DNA of 64,000 bases from positions 480,001-544,000 of the forward strand of contig CAVUKB010000010.1 in NCBI GenBank assembly GCA_963741955.1, in the 5' to 3' direction. The notes under the pieces are model-generated. The model worked only from the letters and a program-made list of their open reading frames with translations, was not told the DNA's origin and did no database searches. Origin of the DNA: an uncultured Acidobacteriota bacterium (GTDB taxonomy: Bacteria; Acidobacteriota; Thermoanaerobaculia; Gp7-AA8). How positions within the stretch are numbered: position 1 is the first letter of the stretch; each line of letters starts with the position of its first letter. The position numbers and the translations under genes were made by a program. Positions 1-7,759 of the stretch are shown here, piece by piece.

Positions 1-2101
1 ACATCTCCGCCGCGTCCATGGTCGATCCCTTCGAGAGGATCATGTCGCGGAAGCGTTGACCGTTCTCCCGCGTCATCCCGCCGTGCTCCTTGAACCAGTA
101 GTACGCGTCCTGGTCGATCACCTCGCTCCAGAGATACGCGTAATACCCGGCCGAATAGCCGCCGGCCCAGATGTGCGAGAAGTACGTGGTGTGGTACCGC
201 GGCGGAACCTCCGCGAGGTCGACCTTGTACTTCGCGAGCGCGTCGCGCTCGAACTTCACCGGATCCTGCTGCGGCGCGTCGGCCGGAAGGCTGTGCCACG
301 CCATGTCGAGAAGTGCCGCTTCGAGATATTCGGTTGTCGCGAAGCCCTGGTTGAACGTCTTGACGCTCTTGATCCGCTCGACCAGTTCCTTCGGCATCGG
401 CTTGCCCGTCTCGTAGTGCTTCGCGTAGTTCGCGAACACCGATGGCTCGAGCGCCCAGTGCTCATTGAACTGCGACGGCACTTCGACGAAGTCGCGCGAC
501 AATCCGCCGTTCTGCGAGGGATAGGTCACATTCGAGAAAAGACTGTTCAGCGCGTGGCCGAACTCGTGGAACAGAGTGCCCACCTCGTCGAATGTGAGGA
601 GCGCCGGTTGGCCGTCCGCCGGCCTGGTGATGTTGAGATTGTTCGTGACGATCGGTTTCGTCCCGAGGAGTTTGCTCTGGCCGACGAAGCCGCTGGACCA
701 CGCGCCGCCGGCCTTGCCGGGGCGGGAGAAGTAGTCGCCGTAGAAGAGCGCGAGAGGCTTGCCGTCCTTGTCGAAGACCTCCCAGACCTTCACGTCGGGG
801 TCGTAGACCGGGATGTCCTTCCGCGGCTTGAACGTGATTCCGTAGAGGCGGTTCGCGGCGTAGAAGACGCCGTCGTTCACGACCCGACTGAGCTCGAAGT
901 AGGGGCGGACCGCCGCCTCATCGAGGTCGAAGTCGGCTTTTCGAACTTCCTCTGCGTAGAAGTCCCAATCCTGAGGAGCGAGTTTGAAGTCACCCTTCTG
1001 TGCATCGATCAGTTGCTGCATCCGCGCTGCTTCGGCGCGAGCCTTGTTCGTCGCGGCCGGAGCGATGTCGGTCAGGAGTTTGATGGCGTTCTCGGGGGTC
1101 TTGGCCATCCGGTCGTCGAGCTCGTACGCGGCGTGGGAGGAAAACCCCAGGAGCTTCGCCCTCTCTGCGCGGAGCTGGGCGAGGCGCGCCACGATCGGCC
1201 TGGTGTCGTACTCACCCTCGGTTCCGCGGGCGGAGGAGACGGCGAGAAGCCGTTCGCGCAGCGCGCGGTCGCGAAGAGAGGTGAGCGCCGGCTGGTGGGT
1301 GGTGTTCTGAAGGGTGATCACGTACTTCCCAGCGAGGCCTCGCGCCTTCGCCTTGGCGGCTGCGGTCGCGATGTCTGCATCGGAGAGGCCCTCGAGAAGA
1401 GCCTTGTCGTCGATCACGAGGGCCCCCGCGTTCGTCGCGGCGAGCACCTTCTGACGGAATTCGTTGGTGAGTTTCGACTGCTCTTTGTTGAGCTCACGGA
1501 GCTTCGACTTGTCGTCTTCGGAGAGAAGGGCGCCGGAGCGGACGAAGTCCTTGTAGTACGTCTCCACCAGCCGCTTCTGCTCGGGATTCAGCTTCAGCGT
1601 GTCGCGCTGGTCGTAGACCGCCTTGATCCGGGCGAAGAGCTTCGCGTTCAGATTGATCGCGTCGCGGTGCGCCGCCATCTCCGGCGCGAGGACGGTCTGG
1701 ACCTTCTGGATGTTCGGGTTGGTGTTCGACTGTGCGATCCCGAAGAAGACGCGTCCGACGCGGCGCAGCAGCTCGCCCGACTTCTCCATCGGAACGATGG
1801 TGTTGTCGAACGTCGGCGCTGTAGAGGCGTTGGCGATCGCCTCCACCTCGGCGAGCTCCTGCCGCATTCCTTCTTCGATGGCGGGCTGGAAGTCGCCATC
1901 CTTGATCTTGTCGAAGGGAGGGGCCTGGTAGGGGAGCGTACTCGCTTTGGCGAAGGGGTTGTTCTCGGTGAATGCAGGAGTATCCGACGGAGTGGCGGTC
2001 TGCAGCTTCGCGTCGGCCGACGGAGTCGGCGGTTTCTGGCCGAGTGCGACCACAGCGATGAAACAGAGCGCGAGGACGAGGGTGATGCGGAGATGATTCA
2101 T
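1..2101 (-). CDS. dcp: M3-family metallopeptidase (peptidyl-dipeptidase Dcp-like), secreted; 3' end runs off the window
   Basis: Manual translation from ATG 2101 (RBS GGAAGG): signal-like MNHLRITLVLALCFIAVVALG, then NPFAKASTLPYQAPPFDKIK, HEFGH zinc motif, DFVEVPSQFNEHW and MTRENGQRFRDMILS at the edge; clear paralog of 5350..7515. Confidence 0.9.
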   Translation of the reverse strand, partial: MNHLRITLVLALCFIAVVALGQKPPTPSADAKLQTATPSDTPAFTENNPFAKASTLPYQAPPFDKIKDGDFQPAIEEGMRQELAEVEAIANASTAPTFDNTIVPMEKSGELLRRVGRVFFGIAQSNTNPNIQKVQTVLAPEMAAHRDAINLNAKLFARIKAVYDQRDTLKLNPEQKRLVETYYKDFVRSGALLSEDDKSKLRELNKEQSKLTNEFRQKVLAATNAGALVIDDKALLEGLSDADIATAAAKAKARGLAGKYVITLQNTTHQPALTSLRDRALRERLLAVSSARGTEGEYDTRPIVARLAQLRAERAKLLGFSSHAAYELDDRMAKTPENAIKLLTDIAPAATNKARAEAARMQQLIDAQKGDFKLAPQDWDFYAEEVRKADFDLDEAAVRPYFELSRVVNDGVFYAANRLYGITFKPRKDIPVYDPDVKVWEVFDKDGKPLALFYGDYFSRPGKAGGAWSSGFVGQSKLLGTKPIVTNNLNITRPADGQPALLTFDEVGTLFHEFGHALNSLFSNVTYPSQNGGLSRDFVEVPSQFNEHWALEPSVFANYAKHYETGKPMPKELVERIKSVKTFNQGFATTEYLEAALLDMAWHSLPADAPQQDPVKFERDALAKYKVDLAEVPPRYHTTYFSHIWAGGYSAGYYAYLWSEVIDQDAYYWFKEHGGMTRENGQRFRDMILSKGSTMDAAEM

Positions 2102-2226
2102 TCGGCGTTTCCTTCCACTGGCCGTACGGGGTCGATTCCCCGGTGGGCGCGCAAAGAATACGCCGGTTGCCCCCTCCGCGTCTGTGACGCTGCCGGCGGA
2201 CCGCAGCCCGGGCGGCTAACCCCAAT

Positions 2227-2436
2227 GGCCCGAACTTCAGGGGCGCTGTGGGTGTCCACAGAGCAGATGCGCGGAGTTACTGCGCATCTGCCGCAGGTGT
2301 CGTCTCGTTGCGTTCTGAAGGCGATCTGCGCGGCCACGGCGGGAGCCGTGGCGCCCCTCGGAGAGGGGATCCTTTACTGCCCAGCAAGCTCGCGTCGACT
2401 CCCGGCTGACACGCTGATTTTGCTTAAGTTCGGGCC
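2227..2436. repeat. 210-bp structured element with 11-bp terminal inverted repeats (possible MITE or ncRNA)
   Basis: GGCCCGAACTT at 2227 and AAGTTCGGGCC at 2426-2436; direct repeat GCCCGGGCGGCTAACCC at 2206 and 2434; four internal hairpins. Confidence 0.5.
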
Positions 2437-2443
2437 CGGGCGG

Positions 2444-2503
2444 CTAACCCGCACTTCTTACAACGTCTCTTCGCGACGAGACGTTGTGAGAAATGCGGGT
2501 TAA
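2444..2503. mobile_element. Collapsed 60-bp copy of palindromic MITE-like family B
   Basis: CTAACCCGCACTTCTTACAACGTCTC...GAGACGTTGTGAGAAATGCGGGTTAA is an inverted repeat matching the ends of 55919..56103. Confidence 0.75.
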
Positions 2504-2526
2504 GGTCCCGCCGGCGAAAGGGTGCC

Positions 2527-2778
2527 CTACGCGAAATGCGCTTCGTTGGCGGCGATGGACGCCTGCTTGTCGGCCGGGACCTCGTCGAGTGCGAAGATCG
2601 CATCCGAGGTACAGGCGGGAACGCACGCGCCGCAGTCGAGGCATTCGGCGGGATTGATGTAGAGCTGCGTCGCCGTCTCGTAGTCGGGCTCGTCGGTGAG
2701 CGGACGGATCGACTCGTTGGGACACGTTTCGAGACAGAGACCGTCTTTGATGCAGTTGTCGGTGATTACGTAGGCCAT
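2527..2778 (-). CDS. Dicluster (7Fe/8Fe-type) ferredoxin
   Basis: MAYVITDNCIKDGLCLETCP...QLYINPAECLDCGACVPAC; RBS AGGAG. Confidence 0.92.
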   Translation of the reverse strand: MAYVITDNCIKDGLCLETCPNESIRPLTDEPDYETATQLYINPAECLDCGACVPACTSDAIFALDEVPADKQASIAANEAHFA

Positions 2779-3062
2779 GTTCGCTCCTGGTCGTCGAATT
2801 TTCGAATCGATGGTAGCGAAACGAGCCGGGAGACGGTGTCAGACGGATCACTGATCCGTATGACGGACGTCACGTTGGGGATAGAAGGGCTGCCGGAGAG
2901 CCGAGAAAGGGGTTCTGGAGCAGTCGGTGAGGAGTCGGGAACGGCCGCGGCTTCCGCCGTACGGCCCGCGGCGGCCCTCGGATGCAGACCAGAGCGCGGA
3001 TCGCTCGTCACGACCGGGGAGAGATACCGGCGGCTCCTTCCGGGGCGCCCGCGGAGGGTTCA

Positions 3063-3243
3063 GTTGGCGGCGCAACGAGATCGAGCCTTTCCCGGATCCC
3101 GTCTTCGGTGCGGCGCGAGACATCGAAGACCTTCATTCCCGCTCTCACCGACTGGCTGTTCCGCATCATCGTCGCGGTCGAAGTCGACGCCCCGCGCGAG
3201 ATCGAGTTTGGTCACCACGGCGGCGTCGGTGGTGTTGAACGAT
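3063..3243 (-). pseudogene. hypB: Frameshifted C-terminal remnant of HypB-like Ni GTPase
   Basis: Manual translation FNTTDAAVVTKLDLARGVDFDRD / frameshift / MMRNSQSVRAGMKVFDVSRRTEDGIRERLDL resembles the HypB C-terminus (G4 TKxD, G5 VS-x-x-TG region); no N-terminal half. Confidence 0.65.
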
Positions 3244-3282
3244 CAATTCTCGGGTCGGGAGAGCGGAGACGCTCGCGAGACG

Positions 3283-3747
3283 CTACGGCCTGTAACCCGG
3301 GTCGGGGGTCAGGTCTTCACGGCAGGAGGCGTCGACGGCGAGCGCGTCGCAGCGCTCGTTCTCCGGATCGCCGGCGTGGCCGCGAACCCATTCGAAACGG
3401 ACTTCGTGCGTTTCGCAGAGGTCCAGCAGCGCTCCCCAGAGGTCGGGATTGGCGGCATGCTCCTTCGCGTTCCGGCGCCATCCTCTTGCGCGCCATTTCT
3501 TCGCCCATCCTTTGCTCATCGCGTCGACCACGTAGCGTGAGTCGGAATGAACCGTGACCCGGCAGGGCCGCTTCAGCGTGCGGAGCGCGGTGATCACGGC
3601 GAGCATCTCCATGCGGTTGTTAGTCGTTTCGAGATGTCCGCCGGCGATCTCCCGCCTATGTCCGGCGAAGAGGAGGACTGCGCCCCATCCTCCCGGTCCC
3701 GGGTTCCCGCGGCAGGCTCCGTCGGTATAGATCGTGACGTCCGGCAT
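3283..3747 (-). CDS. rnhA: Ribonuclease HI
   Basis: [40 protein letters not shown]. Confidence 0.97.
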   Translation of the reverse strand: MPDVTIYTDGACRGNPGPGGWGAVLLFAGHRREIAGGHLETTNNRMEMLAVITALRTLKRPCRVTVHSDSRYVVDAMSKGWAKKWRARGWRRNAKEHAANPDLWGALLDLCETHEVRFEWVRGHAGDPENERCDALAVDASCREDLTPDPGYRP

Positions 3748-3784
3748 CGGCGGCCGAGGATAGCAGAACCCGGCCGGGAGCGGC

Positions 3785-4342
3785 TCATGCGTTGACGGGT
3801 GCGGTCTCGACCGCCTGGACCTCCAGCTCGATCTTCACGTTGTTGCCGACGAGAATCCCACCGGTCTCGAGGGCCTGGTTCCACTTCAGTCCCCACTCGC
3901 GACGGTCGATCTCCGTCTTCGCGCTGATGCCGATGCGCTGCTTCCCCCAGGGATCCTTTCCCTTTCCGTCGAAGACGCACTCGAGGGTCACTTCGATCGC
4001 TTTCCCGCGAATGGTGAGCTCGCCGGTCACGCGGAAGCGGTCGCCTTCTTTCGACGTCGCCCCCTCCACTCGCTTGCTCCGGAACGTGATCTTCGGGTGA
4101 TTCTCGACGTCGAGGAAGTCCGCGGAGCGTAGGTGCGTGTCACGGTCGGTCACTCCGGTGTCGATGCTCGATGCGTCGATCTCGACCTCGACGTGCGATT
4201 TGTCGGCGTAGGGCTCGTCGACCTCGATCGCTCCAATCACGTTCTTGAAACGACCGCGGACCGTGGTGAACATCATGTGCTTGACCGCGAACTCGATGGT
4301 CGTGTGCGCGGGATCGATCTCCCATCTGCTGGTGCCTGCCAT
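3785..4342 (-). CDS. YceI-family polyisoprenoid-binding protein
   Basis: [34 protein letters not shown]; ATG 4342 with RBS GGAGG. Confidence 0.92.
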   Translation of the reverse strand: MAGTSRWEIDPAHTTIEFAVKHMMFTTVRGRFKNVIGAIEVDEPYADKSHVEVEIDASSIDTGVTDRDTHLRSADFLDVENHPKITFRSKRVEGATSKEGDRFRVTGELTIRGKAIEVTLECVFDGKGKDPWGKQRIGISAKTEIDRREWGLKWNQALETGGILVGNNVKIELEVQAVETAPVNA

Positions 4343-4446
4343 GCTTGCCTCCAATCCGTGCAGAAGTGTCCCGTCGGGCGAGCGGCGGGAATCGCAAAGA
4401 ACCGAGCGAGCAGCGTGCCAGGGGGAAACCTGATCGTTCCGATCGT

Positions 4447-4800
4447 TCACCAAACGGATGAAGGGAGAGACGATGACCGTCGGGTGGCCGCGGGAGTGCT
4501 CGGTATACCGTGGCGGGGAGCCGCTCGCCGACGAGAGCCGAGTTCGCTCCTGGCGCACATCCGCCGGATGAGCGCGTTGTATCGCGAGTGCGCGGAGTCG
4601 GAATCCTCCCGTGCGAGGAGATCGTACAGGCGGTGCTCCGGAAACTCGATACCGCGGTCAGGGACGTCGAGCCCGATCTCCCGGAGTCGCGGAGCGCCCA
4701 CGAGCAGGAGGAGCGCTTCGACCGACTCGTGGCCGTTCGCGAGGTCCTCGAGACCGGTGCGGACGAGCTCTTCTCCGGGGAGGGAGGTGATGTCGAACAC
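4447..4800 (-). CDS. Small hypothetical protein, probably C-terminally truncated (antitoxin-like family)
   Basis: GTG start; LPGEELVRTGLEDL...GAPRLR...PEHRLY...AHSRYNALIRR is a family I recall upstream of DUF6036 nucleotidyltransferases; the tail after NALIRR looks unrelated. Confidence 0.5.
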   Translation of the reverse strand: MFDITSLPGEELVRTGLEDLANGHESVEALLLLVGAPRLREIGLDVPDRGIEFPEHRLYDLLAREDSDSAHSRYNALIRRMCARSELGSRRRAAPRHGIPSTPAATRRSSSLPSSVW

Positions 4801-4829
4801 GAGAAGATTATACGTGCGGACGGCGCCGC

Positions 4830-5280
4830 GGCAGGGATGCCGGCGGTCCATGGAGCGTCCGCCACGAGTGGGCAGAGCCGAGGAGCGCCGGCTTCAAGCC
4901 GGCTGCGGTCAGGCCTCCGCGCCTGACCGGGAGGAGCTCGGGAGGTCTGATTGGATCTCGCATCGTGCAAGTTGGTGGTCTGTGGCGAAAAGGGGTGACG
5001 AGCACGGGATGCTCGCCACGAGCCGGCAGGGATGCCGGCGGTCCATGGAGCGTCCGCCACGAGTGGGCAGAGCCGAGGAGCGCCGGCTTCAAGCCGGCTG
5101 CGGTCAGGCCTCCGCGCCTGACCGCGAGGAGCTCGGGAGGTCTGATTGGATCTCGCATCGTGCAAGTTGGTGGTCTGTGGCGAAAAGGGGTGACGAGCAC
5201 GGGATGCTCGCCACGAGCCGGCAGGGATGCCGGCGGTCCGTGGAGCGTCCGCCACGACCCGGCAGGGATGCCGGCGATCC
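4830..5280. repeat. 195-bp tandem repeat built from inverted REP-like palindromes (BIME/REPIN-like)
   Basis: GGCAGGGATGCCGGCG recurs at 4830, 5025, 5220 and 5261; two nearly identical 195-bp units, each also containing the opposite-orientation GGAGCGCCGGCTTCAAGCCGGCT. Confidence 0.9.
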
Positions 5281-5291
5281 TCAGCGCGACG

Positions 5292-5323
5292 AAAGAAAAG
5301 CCCCGCGACCGGAGTCGCGGGGC
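5292..5323 (-). terminator. Intrinsic terminator after dcp
   Basis: Minus strand GCCCCGCGAC-TCCG-GTCGCGGGGC followed by TTTTCTTT. Confidence 0.8.
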
Positions 5324-5349
5324 CGGGTCTACAGCATCAAGGATCGGGG

Positions 5350-7515
5350 TTACTCCACCGTCTTGGTGGCGGACTTCTGCAGCCCGCGCTCTTCGATCAG
5401 CGGCTCGACGCTCGGGTCGTGGCCCGCGAAGTCGCGGTACATCTTCGCCGCGTCTTCCGTCGATCCCTGCGACAGAATCATGTCGCGGAAACGTTGACCG
5501 TTCTCCCTCGTCATTCCGCCGTGATCGCGGAACCAGTAATAGGCGTCGTCGTCGAGTACTTCACTCCAGAGGTAGGAGTAGTAGCCCGCCGAGTAGCCCC
5601 CTCCCCAGATGTGGGAGAAGTACGTCGTGTGATACCGCGGTGGCACCTGCGCCATGTCGATGTTGAAGCGTTTCAGCGCAGCCGGCTCGAAGGTGTTCAC
5701 GTCCTGCAACGGCTGTCCCGGCGCGATGGTGTGCCAGGCCATGTCGAGCAGCGCCGCGGAGAGGTACTCGGTCGTGGCGTATCCCTGATTGAACGTCTTC
5801 GCTTTCTTGATCTTCTCCACCAGCTCCTGCGGCATCGGCTCCCCGGTCTTGTAGTGCTTCGCGTAGTTCGCGAAGACCGACGGCTCGAGAGCCCAGTGCT
5901 CGTTGAACTGGGAGGGGAACTCGACGAAGTCGCGCGGGACGTTCGTACCGGCGAGCGTCGGATACTTCACGTTGGAAAACATCCCGTGGAGCGCGTGACC
6001 GAACTCGTGGAACATGGTCGAGACGTCGTCGAAGCTCAGAAGGGCGGGCTGTCCCGGCGCAGGCTTCGTGAAGTTGGTCACGTTGAAGACGACGGGCTTC
6101 GTCCCGGTCAGGCTGTTCTGGTCGACGAAACTATCCATCCACGCGCCACCGCTCTTGTTCGGCCGCGCGAAGTAATCGCCGTAGAAGAGGGCCAGCGGCT
6201 TGCCGTCGGCGTCATAGACTTCGAACACCCGCACGTCCGGCTGGTAGACCGGGATGTCGTGGCGTTCCTTGAACGTGATGCCGTACATCTTGTTCGCGGC
6301 GTAGAAGACGCCGTTCTCCAGAACGTTGTTGAGCTCGAGGTACGGCTTGATCTGGGATTCATCCAGGTCGTACTCGGCTTTGCGCACCTTCTCGGCGTAG
6401 AACTCCCAGTCCTGCGGCCCGAGTGTGAACCCACCGTTCTGCGCGTCGATGATCTTCTGCATCGCCGCGGCCTCGGCGCGTGCCCTGGCGGTCGACGCGG
6501 GAACCAGGTCGGTCATCAGCTTGATCGCGTTGGCGGGTGTCTTCGCCATCTGGTCGTCGAGGACGTACGCGGCCCAGTCGGTGTATCCGAGGATCTTCGC
6601 CTTTTCGGCGCGGAGCTGGGCGAGACGCTCGACGATCGCCTTCGTATCGTACTTTCCGCCGTGGTTTCCTCGCGCGACGGAGGCGGCGAAAAGCTTCGTC
6701 CGCAGATCGCGGTTCTCAAGTGAGCCGAGGGCCGGCTGCTGGGTGGTGTTCTGGAGGGCGATGACCCACTTCCCGTCGAGTCCGCGCTCCTTCGCACGCT
6801 GTGCCGCGGCGGCGACGTCGCTCTCGGAGAGACCGCCGAGCTGCGAGCGGTCACTGACCACGACGGCGGAGTCCTTCGTATCGCCGAGGACGTGGTCGCG
6901 GAACTCGGTGGTGAGCGTCGATTCTTCCTTGTTCAGCTCACGAAGCCGTGCCTTCTGATCCTCGGGGAGCTCGGCTCCGGCGCGGACGAAGTTCTTGTAG
7001 TAGCGTTCGACGAGCCGCTGTTCTTCGGCGCCGAGGGAGGAACGGTCGTCGTAAATCGCCTTGACGCGCGCGAAGAGCGTCGGGTTGAGGTAGATCGCGT
7101 CCTGGTGTGCGGCGAACTTCGGCGCGACGTCCGCTTCGACTTTCTGGAGCGTGTCGTTGGTGTTCGCGCCGGTGAGGGCGAAGAAGACCTTCGCCACGCG
7201 GGTCAGGAGTGCCCCGGAACGCTCCATCGCGACGATCGTGTTGTCGAACGTCGCCGGCTCGGGGTCGTTGGCGATGTTCTCGATTTCTGCGATCTGCTGC
7301 TTCATCCCCTCTTCGAGGGCGGGCTGGTAGTCGCTGTCCTTGATCTGGTCGAAGGGGGGGGCCTGGAAGGGAAGAGTGCTTGCGGTGAAAAAGGGATTGG
7401 TGCGTGCTGGTGTCGTGGCGGCGGCCTCCGGTGCTGGTGTCGGTGTGGTTCCCTGCTGTGCGCAGGCGGCAAGAGCGAGTGAGGTCGCGATGGCTAGAAC
7501 GATTCGCGATTTCAT
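5350..7515 (-). CDS. dcp: M3-family metallopeptidase (Dcp-like), lipoprotein
   Basis: Lipobox LAAC; FHEFGHALH, DFVEFPSQFNEHW, GYSAGYYSYLWSEVLD. Confidence 0.95.
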   Translation of the reverse strand: MKSRIVLAIATSLALAACAQQGTTPTPAPEAAATTPARTNPFFTASTLPFQAPPFDQIKDSDYQPALEEGMKQQIAEIENIANDPEPATFDNTIVAMERSGALLTRVAKVFFALTGANTNDTLQKVEADVAPKFAAHQDAIYLNPTLFARVKAIYDDRSSLGAEEQRLVERYYKNFVRAGAELPEDQKARLRELNKEESTLTTEFRDHVLGDTKDSAVVVSDRSQLGGLSESDVAAAAQRAKERGLDGKWVIALQNTTQQPALGSLENRDLRTKLFAASVARGNHGGKYDTKAIVERLAQLRAEKAKILGYTDWAAYVLDDQMAKTPANAIKLMTDLVPASTARARAEAAAMQKIIDAQNGGFTLGPQDWEFYAEKVRKAEYDLDESQIKPYLELNNVLENGVFYAANKMYGITFKERHDIPVYQPDVRVFEVYDADGKPLALFYGDYFARPNKSGGAWMDSFVDQNSLTGTKPVVFNVTNFTKPAPGQPALLSFDDVSTMFHEFGHALHGMFSNVKYPTLAGTNVPRDFVEFPSQFNEHWALEPSVFANYAKHYKTGEPMPQELVEKIKKAKTFNQGYATTEYLSAALLDMAWHTIAPGQPLQDVNTFEPAALKRFNIDMAQVPPRYHTTYFSHIWGGGYSAGYYSYLWSEVLDDDAYYWFRDHGGMTRENGQRFRDMILSQGSTEDAAKMYRDFAGHDPSVEPLIEERGLQKSATKTVE

Positions 7516-7594
7516 TCAGATCCTTTCGTGAGCTGAATTGACCCCGCGGGGCGGGGTCAGGCCTCATGTGCTAACGGCGCGAGGGGCATGACGA

Positions 7595-7622
7595 ATTTCG
7601 GATTCCGGATTTCGGATTTTGG
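7595..7622. repeat. Heptamer tandem array (ATTTCGG-like x4)
   Basis: ATTTCGG ATTCCGG ATTTCGG ATTTTGG. Confidence 0.7.
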
Positions 7623-7684
7623 AAACGAGCTCGAGGCCGGCAAAACGGATCCGGCCGGCTGACGTCGATGACGCGCCAGAACGG

Positions 7685-7714
7685 AGAAACGCCGGCGGGG
7701 GGAGACCGCCGGCG
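7685..7714 (-). terminator. Probable intrinsic terminator of the VPS10-like gene
   Basis: Minus strand CGCCGGCGG-loop-CCGCCGGCG followed by TTTCT. Confidence 0.55.
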
Positions 7715-7721
7715 CCTCATC

Positions 7722-7759
7722 CGTCGATCTACGTCGATCTACGTCGATCTACGTCGATC
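7722..7759. repeat. 10-bp tandem repeat (ACGTCGATCT x~4)
   Basis: Directly visible; the same 10-mer occurs in the last codons of the adjacent gene. Confidence 0.8.

Noticed and set aside
56-2503. 815-aa plus-strand ORF and similar long ORFs (5227..6723, 7668..10454, 11651..15112, 33838..35745, 25966..27642)
   Set aside because: Antisense or off-frame shadows of clearly recognisable genes, expected in high-GC DNA; no motifs
4830-5280. Possible CRISPR array
   Set aside because: The intervening sequences are identical rather than unique spacers, the period is 195 bp, and no cas genes are present
4133-5497. ORFs with internal 65-aa repeats
   Set aside because: They arise because the 195-bp non-coding repeat is a multiple of three; Arg/Ser-rich and not protein-like
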